Positions 12,501 through 23,327 of a stretch of DNA of 60,000 nucleotides are shown in pieces. Location: positions 13,208,001 through 13,268,000 of the forward strand of contig NC_087245.1 of assembly GCF_037042905.1 (NCBI RefSeq). The letters are read 5' to 3'. Made by a program: the position numbers and the translations under genes. Below the pieces are notes generated by a model. It ran no database searches. It was not told the DNA's origin and saw nothing but the letters and a program-made list of their open reading frames with translations. The DNA is from Lytechinus pictus. Its lineage: Eukaryota. Position 1 is the first letter of the stretch. The number at the start of each line of letters is the position of its first letter.

Positions 12501-15183
12501 ATTAAATTCAATGAAAGACATCTGACCTTGGGTTAATGAACATGGAAGGTCAAAAGAAAAAATGGCAGCATCATATTCTTATTAGATGTCTAAATTCAAG
12601 TAGAATTATTTCAAAGTCCTGAATATACCAAGGAGATATCATCTCCTTGAATATACAAAGACGATTTTGAATCCAGGGTTTGTAAACATGGTTTATGCAT
12701 TGATTTTGCTTTTTAGGGCATATTCTGGAGAAAGAGTTCAATAATTAATGCACTTCTTTTAGCTGCACTAAATGAATGCTCATATTAAACTATGATTTGA
12801 CTTTATTTCCAATGTAAATTCAAATGAACAGTGCACTCATTAATTCAAAGCTTGCCAGATATTAATGTTCAAATCCATACCAACAAGAGTAAAGTTAGCA
12901 TCTTCAGGAATATTGTGCATTCAATATTAGATTCTTTCTCGGTCTCCATAAGCTGTAGTTTCAAATTCTAAATCCCGAATGGTTGCTATGAATTCCTACA
13001 ATCAAATAAACTCAATAGCTAGTACATAAATATAGGCATCTCCATTATAGGATTAGTAATACCATTTTACACTTTGCTTCATGATTCAACATTAAAGGTT
13101 TTATTCCAAATAATTTCCACTTTTATTATTTTACACATACATAGGATTAACACATACAATTTGCCATAGAGCATGATAAAAAAAGGCACAAAAAGTGAGA
13201 AAAAATATTCATCCCCTTGGCCTGTAATTTTTACTTATAGTCTCAATGAAATGATACACTTCATTGAATTATGATTATGAAAGAACGCTGGCAAACTACT
13301 TTGTTGCAAAGTAATGTACATGTATATTCATGACCAATTGAGATGAATATCCATAACAACATCTACATGTATATATTTTCTCTGCTATTTGAGCATTAAA
13401 TAAAGGAATATTTTTAACATTTATCCACTGCTGTATTCTGAGCCAATAGGAATGTGGTTGGGTAGTTCTGCATGTATATTTTGACCCTCTTGTATCCGTA
13501 ATTATATAGGGAAATATGAGAATGCTTCAAGCACAACCACTATAATTTTCTCAAGGTGCTTCGATATTACCGTGGGTCAGTATATTATCATCTTATTTCA
13601 ATTATCATAGTGATTGGGAATGAGGTACGCCATTGGCTAAACCTCATAATTTTTACTTGCCTCAGTCGTCCATCAGCGCATATTTGCACACTTCAACCAA
13701 TCACAAAAATGCCTTATCTGTCAATTGCAATAAGATAAAAATATGATTTTCAGAAGACTGGCCCTTTATAAATCTTAGTAAGACATAATGAGAAAATCAA
13801 ATTAAATTAATTGTATTTCTATGATATAATTGATCATTCATATAAAATACTTTATACATGTATAAAAAATAAATGCATAAAATAGTAGTAGTACTGCATA
13901 TTCATTCATTTCAACTATTAATTGAACATGAAAACTTGTTGAAACATAATATACATCATAATATCCAATCTCCTCGAAATTAAAATATCTAGCTATGCTA
14001 CTTATTGGGCTTATTAGGAAGTTTCACATGAAGCTCTTTGCAATTGTTACTATTTCAATTATAGCAAATCAAGTGCACGATTAAGTGCTTTGATGACCTA
14101 TTGAACTGGCAAATGCTTGCATGTTTCCTGCATGCAATGCAACCTTAAACTAAAGTAGTTTTACTTTGAGAGTAGTTTTACTTTGTCTGGCTATAGTATA
14201 AGGGCATTAGGATATTTGCATTGTCAATTCCCATTCCTGGTGAGCGTTTCATCAACATTTTTGTCCGACAAGTTGTCAGATCTGACAATTTTCCTTGATC
14301 AGTTCTGATTGGCTGAGAGGCATTGTTACTATGGGAACTGTCGGATAAAACATCTGACAAGTCCTTTCATGAGACGCTAGCTCCCCAGTTGTTGCAAGGC
14401 GAAGGGGCGTTAACTCTTGCATGCACAGTACATTACACATAGTGCATTCTTTAGCTACATGTAATGCCATTAAGCCAGTTGCACACACATTCACAACCTA
14501 CCGGCCTCTCATAAGCAATGCAAAATGTGCTGATTTTGACTTTTTGAAGAAAGATTTGATCAGTAGAAATTTCAGTTGCAATGGTGTACAGTGTATATCA
14601 TAACATTACAAAAGGATCTGCACATATGCATGACCAGTCATTTACTTAGTGTTAGACACATAATTTCACTTATGACCAGTGATAAGCAGTTAAACAAGTA
14701 TTGACTTTTCATGGTTTATGAAATAACAAGGATGCGCAGCATATCTAAAGAAAAATACCATTTGGTTTGGGCATCAGTATGATTAACCACACTTGGTACT
14801 TTCAAAACAGCCCTTACAGGCCATACCTTGGCCCCTTATCAAACTATTCTAAAGGTATCTTGTGTGCGTTATTCTTACGAATGCTCTTGCTGTTATCAAC
14901 AATAGTTGGCAGTATCATAGTCATACAATAATCAAATTCTCAATTAATGATGGCATTTAAGTACTGTTTATACTGCATCCTCGAAAAAGAAAATACCTGT
15001 CACATTAAATCACAACTATGATTGATAATTGATGCATCATTGTGTAGCTTATCCCTAGAGTCCCTTTTCTTTAATTCTTTAATTTTGGGCCCTTCATATG
15101 ATGCCATTCATGCATCAGCAAATAAATAAGCAATTTAAGGAAAATGAACCGAAAATTAAGCAAAGAATATCAAAGCTAGGTAA

Positions 15184-16179
15184 AAGACAAGTCCACCCCT
15201 GCAAATAGTTGACTTGAATAAAAGGAGAAAAATCCAACAAGCATACAACTGAAAATTTCATCAACATTGGATGTAAAATAAGAAAGTTCTGACATTTTAA
15301 AGTTTTGCTTAATTTCACAAAACAGTTAAGGCCACCGCACACCTTACGACCCGACCAGTCGCCGACTGGCTTGCGACTGAGTGAGGGGAGATGTGACGTC
15401 ACAGCGCATGTCAGCTTCAGAGTCGCAGACCGGTCAGAGACAAGTCGCAAGGAAAATCGGAAGGATTTGACATGTCGAATCCTTATGACTGGATCGCAAG
15501 CTCAATCCAAATTCCAGCCAATCAGACAGCAGAGTTGCACGACGCGTATATGATAAACAACGCGCATATGCAGTAGTAAACGCATTCTCTTTGTTGTTAT
15601 GCCAAAAAGCAAAAAGCGCATGCGTGAGTCGCAAATCGGATCGCAAGGTGTGCGGTGTCGAGGCTTATGACTACCTTGCGATTCATTTCCCCTCACCCAG
15701 TCGCCGACCAGTCGGGTCGTAAGATGTGCGGTGGCCTTTATATGCACATCCTGGTCAGTATGCAAAGAGGGGACTGATGACAATCATCCAGTCACTATTT
15801 CTTTTGTATTTTTTTTACATGAAATATGATTTTTTTTTTAATTTCTCCTTATTGTCATGTGAAACAAAAGTTTTATTCCTCCCTGAACATGTGGAATTAC
15901 TACTGTTTTAACATTTTGTGGTTTTGTCAAATCTGTAAAAATTGAAATATTGTATGATTCACAATAAAAAAACAAAAGAAATAGTGAGGGACATCATTGA
16001 CTCTCTCATATGCATATCACCGAGTTGTGCATGTATATCTGTTTCATAAAATATAAGCAAACTTTAAATCGTCATAACTTTCTGATTTTACATCTGATTT
16101 TGATGAAACTTTCAGCATTAAGCTTGTATGATTTTCTCTAGTGATTCAAATCAATTTTTTTCTGGGGTGGATGTGACCT
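15184..16179. mobile_element. Kolobok-like MITE (TTAA) interrupted by a Harbinger-like MITE
   Basis: Long imperfect TIR a(g)gacaagtccacccc / ggggtggatgtgacct. Family also at 33436, 34934 and 36304. Confidence 0.8.
15329..15737. mobile_element. Harbinger-like MITE, TTA TSD, nested
   Basis: TIR aggccaccgcacaccttacgacccgac / gtcgggtcgtaagatgtgcggtggcct flanked by TTA...TTA. Confidence 0.85.
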
Positions 16180-17640
16180 TTAAACTTATGCTTGCATTTC
16201 TATAATTATTTGCCTACCATAGCAATAGTATACGAGGAGTTGACAAAAGACTTTAGTCTTTATGCATGGCTGATTGTCAACAAAACTAAGTTATAAGTTT
16301 GAGAGGCAACAGGTGAATAAACTTTTGCTGAAACAAAGGTGTAATTATATAATATGGAAATTCAAGCATTATGTTATTCCCATGCCATATTTCAAAGGAA
16401 TCATAAATAAAGATGGGAATTTCAAGAAATATGATTTTCTTTTGAAATTCAGATACTGTCTGAAATGCAAATGAGTATTTGGTATCCTTTTTTCAAATAA
16501 TTTTTACATGATTATTTTTGCATTATGAACCTTAGATATGCACCTTATGGAGGAAAAGCCTCTACGCTTAACATTGATAACTGGTATTTCATTTATATAT
16601 TGTTTTTAATTAAGTTACATGTGTGATAAAGCTTTGATAATACAGGGTTTCATTTTTGGAGTATACATTTATATAAAGAGGCAGTTTGGCAGAAAAAAAA
16701 AAGAATTACATGAGTACTTGGCCGATGCATGGATAAACATTTCTTGAATCGCAAATTGGCAAGTATTTATTCCTAATGATTCTTTACCAAAATACTTAAA
16801 TAAAAACGACATATCTGTATATATCTCATCCTTAAAGTCAAATAAATCATTTTTACATCATACAATTATGCAGTAATGGGCAGTCTAATTTGATATTGTA
16901 ATTATTCTATACAAATTTACAAAATAAACTCTAACATATTAAATATAAAATCCATTTTTAAACAGGCAAGAAATCTACAACAGCTTAATGTAATTCAGAC
17001 AATTTTTCATGCTGGATATGCAATTGAGTTAAAAGAGAAAATACTGGCAGTAAAGCCTGATGATATTAAGAACGATGAAAGACTGCATGCAGTACCAGCT
17101 GATTGTCATTCTAATTATCATACTTAAAGTGATAAAGCATAACTGTTATGCACTTAAAATTCAAGGCACACACAGTCATCTTCATTAGAAGTGAGTGAAT
17201 AGTGTGGACATTGACATCAAATGCAATATAATTTATAGTACTGTAAATATGTATGTACAGACTAAAAGCACAATGGACTTGTATTTAATGTATATTTTTG
17301 GTTTACAAGCGATACGGTATGCTTTTAGCTCTAAGCAATGACTGTGTGTATGATGGTATTTGTTTTTCTCAAAACATTAACTTACATGTACACATCAAAT
17401 TGATGGTCTTTTTTCAGAAAAGGGTGATTGGTTTATGGTTATTACAGCTAAGCAAGCCTTTGTTGACTTGCTGTATTAAAGTCTGAAGAGGAAGACAGCT
17501 GCACAAGTTGGTCAGTAGATGAGGATGTTTGTCCACGTTGACCAAGAGGTTAGAGGTTCAACAGGGATAGAGTAGGATGCATAGGTTGGCTAGGAGATGA
17601 AGAACAAGACAGATCAAGTGCACTTGGAGTGGCCAAAAGA

Positions 17641-18380
17641 TTACTCAGATGAGGGAAATTGTACTGGTGGTGTACTGGCAGAAGAGGAGGAGGGTTGCAC
17701 AAGTGGGCCAGGAGATGAGGAGGGTTGCATAAGTTGGCCACGAGAAGAGGAGGGTTGCACAAGTTGTCCAGGAGATGAGGAGGGTTGCACAAGTTGGCCA
17801 GGAGATGAGGGTTGCATAAGTGGGCCAGGAGATGAGGAGGGTGGCATAAGTTGGCCAGGAGATGGGGAGGGTTGCATAAGTTGGCCACGAGAAGAGGAGG
17901 GTTGCACAAGTTGGCCAGGAGATAAGGAGGGTTGCACAGGTTGTCCAGGAGATGAGGGTTGCACAAGTTGGCCAGGAGATGAGGAGGGTTGCATAAGTGG
18001 GCCAGGAGATGAGGAGGGTCGCACAAGTTGGCCAGGAGATGAGGAGGGTTGCTCAAGTTGGCCAGAAGATGAGGGTTGTACAAGTTGGGCAGGAGATGAG
18101 GAGTGTCGCACAAGTTGGCCAGAAGATGAGAAGTGTTGTACAAGTTGGGCAGGAGATAAGGAGTGTTGCACAAGTTGGCCAGGAGATGAGGAGGGTTGCA
18201 CAAGTGGGTCAGCAGACAAGGGGGTTGTCGTCAATTGGCCAGGAGAAGAGGAGGGTAGTACTGTAGATTGGCCAGGAGATGGGGAGGGTTGAACACATTG
18301 GTCAGGAGAAGAGGATGGTTGTACAAGTTTGGCACGGGATGATGAAATCTCCATAGGTTGATCAGTAGAATCCTTCATTC
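17641..18380 (-). CDS. Coding exon B: about 22 copies of a 10-aa repeat (QPSSSPGQLV)
   Basis: The frame is fixed by splice phase from exon A (A+GA=Arg, then MKDSTDQPME...). Encoded by a 30-bp minisatellite with 27-bp variants. Confidence 0.7.
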
Positions 18381-18713
18381 CTAATGTGCATGAAAATGGT
18401 GAAAAAATAAATATAATGAAATCAACACAATTATAAAGAGTACATCTTTTAAGTAGGGAGAGGAGGCACTGATCTTTGCATCATGTAAATATTTAAGTTC
18501 TACATATAATGGTCATTAATTTGCATTTCTATCTTTTTGACAAATATCCAGTGCTATAGATTTATTGGGCACTACAACAATTAAAATTGTCAAGGAAGGA
18601 GAACATGCTAGTGATTTTGACAACTGAAGCATATAAAATTAGGACCATCTAATATGTGATTCTAAATTTTTAACCCTAGATTTTAAACTTGAACACACTC
18701 TGCCATGGATAAT

Positions 18714-18803
<90 letters not shown>

Positions 18804-18859
18804 AATCACTACTTCCACTACTACTACTACAACTACTACTATACTTCTACTACTACAAT

Positions 18860-18891
<32 letters not shown>

Positions 18892-18918
18892 TTACTACTA
18901 CTACTACCACTACTACTA

Positions 18919-18994
<76 letters not shown>

Positions 18995-19084
18995 GTACTA
19001 CTACTACGTACTACTACAATCACTACTACAATCACTACTACTACTACTACTACTATCACTACTACTACCACCACTAATACTACT

Positions 19085-19117
<33 letters not shown>

Positions 19118-19589
19118 GCTACAAAATTTTATTTGCATCGAAAAACAAAAATATGATTCTTACTCTCTGTAAGCCAGTCAGCTGCAGGATCATTCTTAAT
19201 TTTCCTGAGACACTCTTCTAGTTTCTTGAAATGTTCCTCCATTAAGACTTCAGTACACAGAGTTATTTTCCATTCCTTAAGCACCTGGAATATCGCCTTA
19301 CCTATGTCTCGAGGGTTATTATGTACAATTTGTTTAATAATAGGATTATCCACACCCAAGTTCAAACCTAGTGGTGTTAAGTGTTCAGGTAGGAGATGAG
19401 AAACCAGCTCAGAGAAAACTAAATCATCTCTTCTAGAGTTCAGATCACACCCTTCGAAAACTTCTTGTCTATCACACTTAAATACTAGCCCTCCTGCAGC
19501 ACCAAAATTGTCAAAAGCAATTCCACGACTAAATAAGGTCCCTGTTTCTTCCATTATGCTACTATCTTCAGGGCTGAAAGGCAAAGAGG

Positions 19590-19620
<31 letters not shown>

Positions 19621-20238
19621 GCTGGATGATGAGAAGCGGTTGGGAGACACTATTCTCCAGAATTTTGACTTCAAATCTTTATATGTCTTAACACGAGGAA
19701 GTTGAGCACTGATGCACTTTCTCAGTTCTTCCTGGGTATCACCCAAAGTGTTTTTGTCACCAGCTCCTTGTTTTCTTAATGTCAGGACTGTTTCTGATGA
19801 AAATTCAAGAGCATATATTCTATTCTCCTCTTTTTCAAGACTCTCTATACAGCCCTTAACACGTCTCTCAAAGTCATTTCTTGTCAGCTCTACTGATGAT
19901 CTCCTCCTGTCTCTATCTTGATCAATAGAAAATAAATCTTCCTCTGCTTTTTCGTGAACCTTTAACAGCATATCCTCACAATCTTTCTTCCTGAGCTTCA
20001 CATCTCTTTTTCTTCTTTGAAGCTTTTCCTGTAGTTCTGACAGTTGTTCTTTTTCATGATCCTTCAAATGTCCAATACCATGGCCAGAGTGATGAAAGGC
20101 CACACAGCTTACACAGACTTCTCTCTTGCACTCCTTGCAAAAGAAGTCTAGTGTGAAAGGATCATGTTCTGAACATATTTGGCCAGTCACATTCACAGGC
20201 AGTTCTTCTGACCAATCTCCAACAATATTGTTAGCCAT
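17641..20238 (-). CDS. B-box zinc finger / coiled-coil / Death-domain protein with C-terminal S/P/Q tandem repeats (TRIM-like, no RING), 2 coding exons, about 604 aa
   Basis: Coding exon A 20238-19164 (donor GAGA|gtaag, phase 1) joins exon B 18380-17641 (acceptor cacattag|GA ATG) in frame, 1815 nt in total. In-frame TGA 4 codons upstream of the ATG. Domains recognised by motif only. Confidence 0.8.
17680..18340. repeat. Coding 30-bp minisatellite (consensus ccaggagatgaggagggttgcacaagttgg)
   Basis: Directly visible tandem array; the length variants I could see are multiples of 3. Confidence 0.95.
18714..19120. repeat. (ACT)n microsatellite, about 400 bp, in the intron of the B-box/Death gene
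   Basis: Long tactactac run with interruptions. Confidence 0.98.
19164..20238 (-). CDS. Coding exon A: B-box2 (CSEH...CKEC...CVSC...HHSGH), coiled coil, poly-Ser linker, Death domain
   Basis: Part of the 369-aa ORF. C/H spacing fits B-box2, followed by an E/K/R-rich helical segment. The C-terminal LVFSELVSHLLPEHLTPLGLNLGVDNPIIKQIVHNNPRDIGKAIFQVLKEWK...KLEECLRKIKNDPAADWL has the Death-domain pattern (LGxxLG...I..I...P......L..W). Confidence 0.85.
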
Positions 20239-21367
20239 GTTCCAAAACCTTCACTTTAATGGTTTGGATTAATAGTCAAATTAGAGTATATTGCATAACA
20301 GGTTGTTATATTAAAATAAACTGTAATTTGATTCATTCCTCGCTGCTCCTATTCAGTCCAATCAAGCATCGATAAGAGTTGAAATTCTCTGACCTGTGAA
20401 AATAGAAAATATCAAAACTAAGAAACATCTTTAAATTATGGGTACAGTCCGAACTCACACTAAAACAAATCTCTCATTTGAACTTGCTGAGATCGGACAG
20501 ATCAGATATTACTATCAATTATTATCAGCTTCATTGCATGGCTCACTTCCTACCACAGGTGATGGTTCATGTATGCTACAATACACAAAAACCATCAGGT
20601 TGAGTCCACAGAAATTGGACAGTTGATTTCGGTTAAGTGGACTCACTACTTTGTGTCAATACTTTTTGTACACAATGTGTTCTGCACATCAAGTTTAACA
20701 TAGAAATCGGCAATGTACGGAGAAAAACAATGAAATGCACTATTTTTCCCATGGAATTTTAATTTGTATTGTGTCCATACTTTTCATTAATGTGAGTGAA
20801 ACAAGACAGAAAACAAAACAGTACAACTTAGTGACAAGTGGAACAACTGTTTTGACTTGTTGGAAAAATATCTACAATTCATTAATACATCGTATTTTTT
20901 TTTACAATTAGTATTCATCCAGTGATCTGTAGAGTGGAGTAAATCTTTTGGCTGTCTATTCCACAAATTAAATGGTATTTGCAGTTTGCACTATCAATCA
21001 AGGAGTCAGTAACCTGTTTAACAGACTATTATCATAACAGAAAAACTCTCATTTCACAGATTTATTCCTGGTAATCACTGATGCGATACAAGGAAGGAGT
21101 TCTTCATAAAGACTCTTGAATTTATTGATCAACCAGTCCAGAATCAATCAATATACTTTAATATCTACATAATAGATGTAAATGAGGAATTTGTAGATGC
21201 ATACATTTGAATTTATAATCCAAAAGCATAGAGAATGAATGGGTCTAATACATAAAACTTAACTGTTCTTCTACTTCTTTCAGGACTGTTTGTATTTTTA
21301 AGCTTCAGAGTGATTTCTATTTTTTTTCTTTATCCTAAAGCAATCAGGAAAAAAATTTGTAAAGGTT

Positions 21368-21650
21368 ATAATAATAATAATATGCAACATTTATATAGCG
21401 CTTAATACAAATGACATTTGTCTCTAAGCGCTGCATACTATTACCCCGGCTTTAGCACGGCTATCCTGATCGGACACAAGAGCATTCAAGGATCAAATTC
21501 CATCCTACCGGGTACCTATTTACTGCACCTGGGTGGAGTGTCATATGCAGCTAAACGCCTTGCCAAAGGACGTGGGTGCTGTGGTGGGATTTTAACCCCG
21601 GACCTTGTAGTTCAAAGTGCAGAGACTTATCCAATGATCCACAACACCCC
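21368..21650 (-). mobile_element. tRNA-derived SINE (degenerate)
   Basis: (aat)n tail, acctgggt core and tRNA-like head similar to the copy at 256-565. Confidence 0.7.
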
Positions 21651-22109
21651 TAAGTAGAAAGATGGGTTTTGTCTAGTATTGAGTAGAAATATTTTATTTC
21701 GAGGAAGAATAAGTAAAATCCATGGCTATATACAACTTCTTGTACGTTCTACTTTTTTCCTGACACATCATTCAATATCTAGGTCAAGATTAATCTTCTA
21801 CAAAGGGTTATTGTTCAGAGGAGAGAACAAACTTGACCTAATAGACTCAAGTGAGGTAGGAAATAGAAGATTTAGGAATTCTATCACATAATATACATGT
21901 ATGTATATTATATGTAATAGAATTCCTAAATCATGCATACTAAAATGAAGTGTAAATTAAAATTAAATTAATACTAAATACTAGTCAAAGAGAGTCCCAT
22001 CACCCTCAGGAATTGGATTACCCTCCAATTGCAAGGCAGTAGATGCATCGATTGTTTGATTTATACTCATATTCCTTTTCTTTTACAGCTCTGTACCTAT
22101 GGCCATGGG

Positions 22110-22946
22110 CACTCATTCAATGAACAAGGTTATGACACAACCTTGTTCTCTATTACTATTAGGACTCCCTGTGTAGTAAAATAAGGTTGGCAATGAATGT
22201 TTGGCCTACTTTCTCTTGTTCTCGGGGACAAATGCTTGATTTTTTGACACTGTCAGTTTCTATTATTATTATTTTTTGTTAAACAAGTGGTATTTTTATG
22301 ATTTTTTTATAATGCATAGGCCTAGATCTCGATCCCCACAGGCAGGGTGGTTGCAGTGAACAAGCTAGTGCATTCATGTCACTTGTCAGTATGAACCACT
22401 TGTTCACTGTTTCTTGTGGGGAATAATCTAGGCCTACATGTTTATATAGATCTATGCAGTATGCAGTATACAGCATACACACATTTAAAAATCATTAAAA
22501 TACCACTTTTGGACCCAAAATACTAATTTCCATACAGTTGCAATATATTTTTCATTAGTAACATAGGCCTTTTTTAGGGATCATTTTTGTATTTACCAGA
22601 GCGCTAAAAAACTTGAATTTGGGGTATATTGGACTGGTGGACTGTACTTTAGCAGATGATGAGGCCCTACTACTACAAGTAAACCTAGTGGAAAGTAAAA
22701 TTTCAAGAAAATTGTGTCATTTTTCAATCTCTATTTTAAATTTAGAAAAAAATAATAATTAAGAGAATTTAATTTACTTAAGTTATAAGAGCCAAATGAA
22801 TAGTTTTATGGAAACTGACAGTGTCAGAAAATCAAGCATTTGTCCCCAAGAACAAGAGAAAATAAGCCAAACATTGCCAACCTTATTTCGCCCACACAGG
22901 GAATAGTCACAGAGAACACCTTGTTCATTCATCATTTGAATGAGTG
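22110..22946. mobile_element. MITE with about 150-bp TIRs (CACTCATTCAA...TTGAATGAGTG)
   Basis: 22110-22260 is the reverse complement of 22811-22946. TSD unclear. Confidence 0.75.
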
Positions 22947-23062
22947 TGGTGAGGACGGGGAAGTATAATTCGAAGTGAAAAATTATAATATTGAATTCCA
23001 GTCTCTGATTGATTAAAAAAAGAGTGTTTCATGAATAATATAGTTGACTGATAGTTACTTAC

Positions 23063-23200
23063 CGATACTTTAACCATGTTAATATGTCAAAAACAAAGTC
23101 TGAAATAATTTTTCTGGTGCAAATCTAATCGTGACTGCTCTTCAGCTTCCTTCCTTCCGTAGCGCATAGCGTAGGCGTAGACCCGTACGTACCCGTAGAC
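23063..23200 (-). other. Probable non-coding first exon of the B-box/Death-domain gene
   Basis: Minus-strand donor G|gtaagt (acttac at 23057-23062) beside a CpG-rich patch (23150-23280). Matching acceptor ttcacag| opens the exon at 20393. The 5' end is approximate. Confidence 0.5.
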
Positions 23201-23222
23201 AAACGTAAACGTGAAGAAAAAC

Positions 23223-23233
23223 GGGGATTCCCC
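23223..23233. promoter_or_regulatory. Perfect NF-kB (kappaB) palindrome GGGGATTCCCC
   Basis: Exact canonical Rel/NF-kB site in the CpG-rich segment immediately upstream of the putative first exon. Confidence 0.55.
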
Positions 23234-23327
23234 TGTCCTAACTTTAACGCACGCGCATAGCACATGCGCGAGTACCGGTCACCTTGATCATTATGGAATC
23301 AATTTTGTTTTAAAAAATGTATATCAG

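Noticed and set aside
15115..15783. ORFs shared with 55363-55832
   Set aside because: The similarity comes from two copies of the same non-coding MITE.
17597..18292. 231-aa WPGDEEGC-repeat ORF on + as a separate gene
   Set aside because: Antisense shadow of the minisatellite; the splice phase supports the minus-strand QPSSSPGQLV frame.
17680..18340. Possible CRISPR-like array
   Set aside because: Contiguous tandem units with no unique spacers; eukaryotic coding minisatellite.
18705..19172. 155-aa poly-Tyr/Thr/Leu ORF on +
   Set aside because: Translation of an intronic (ACT)n microsatellite.
20239..23063. Upstream RING-finger exon for the B-box gene
   Set aside because: An in-frame TGA lies just upstream of the ATG within the same exon, and no C3HC4-like ORF is visible upstream.
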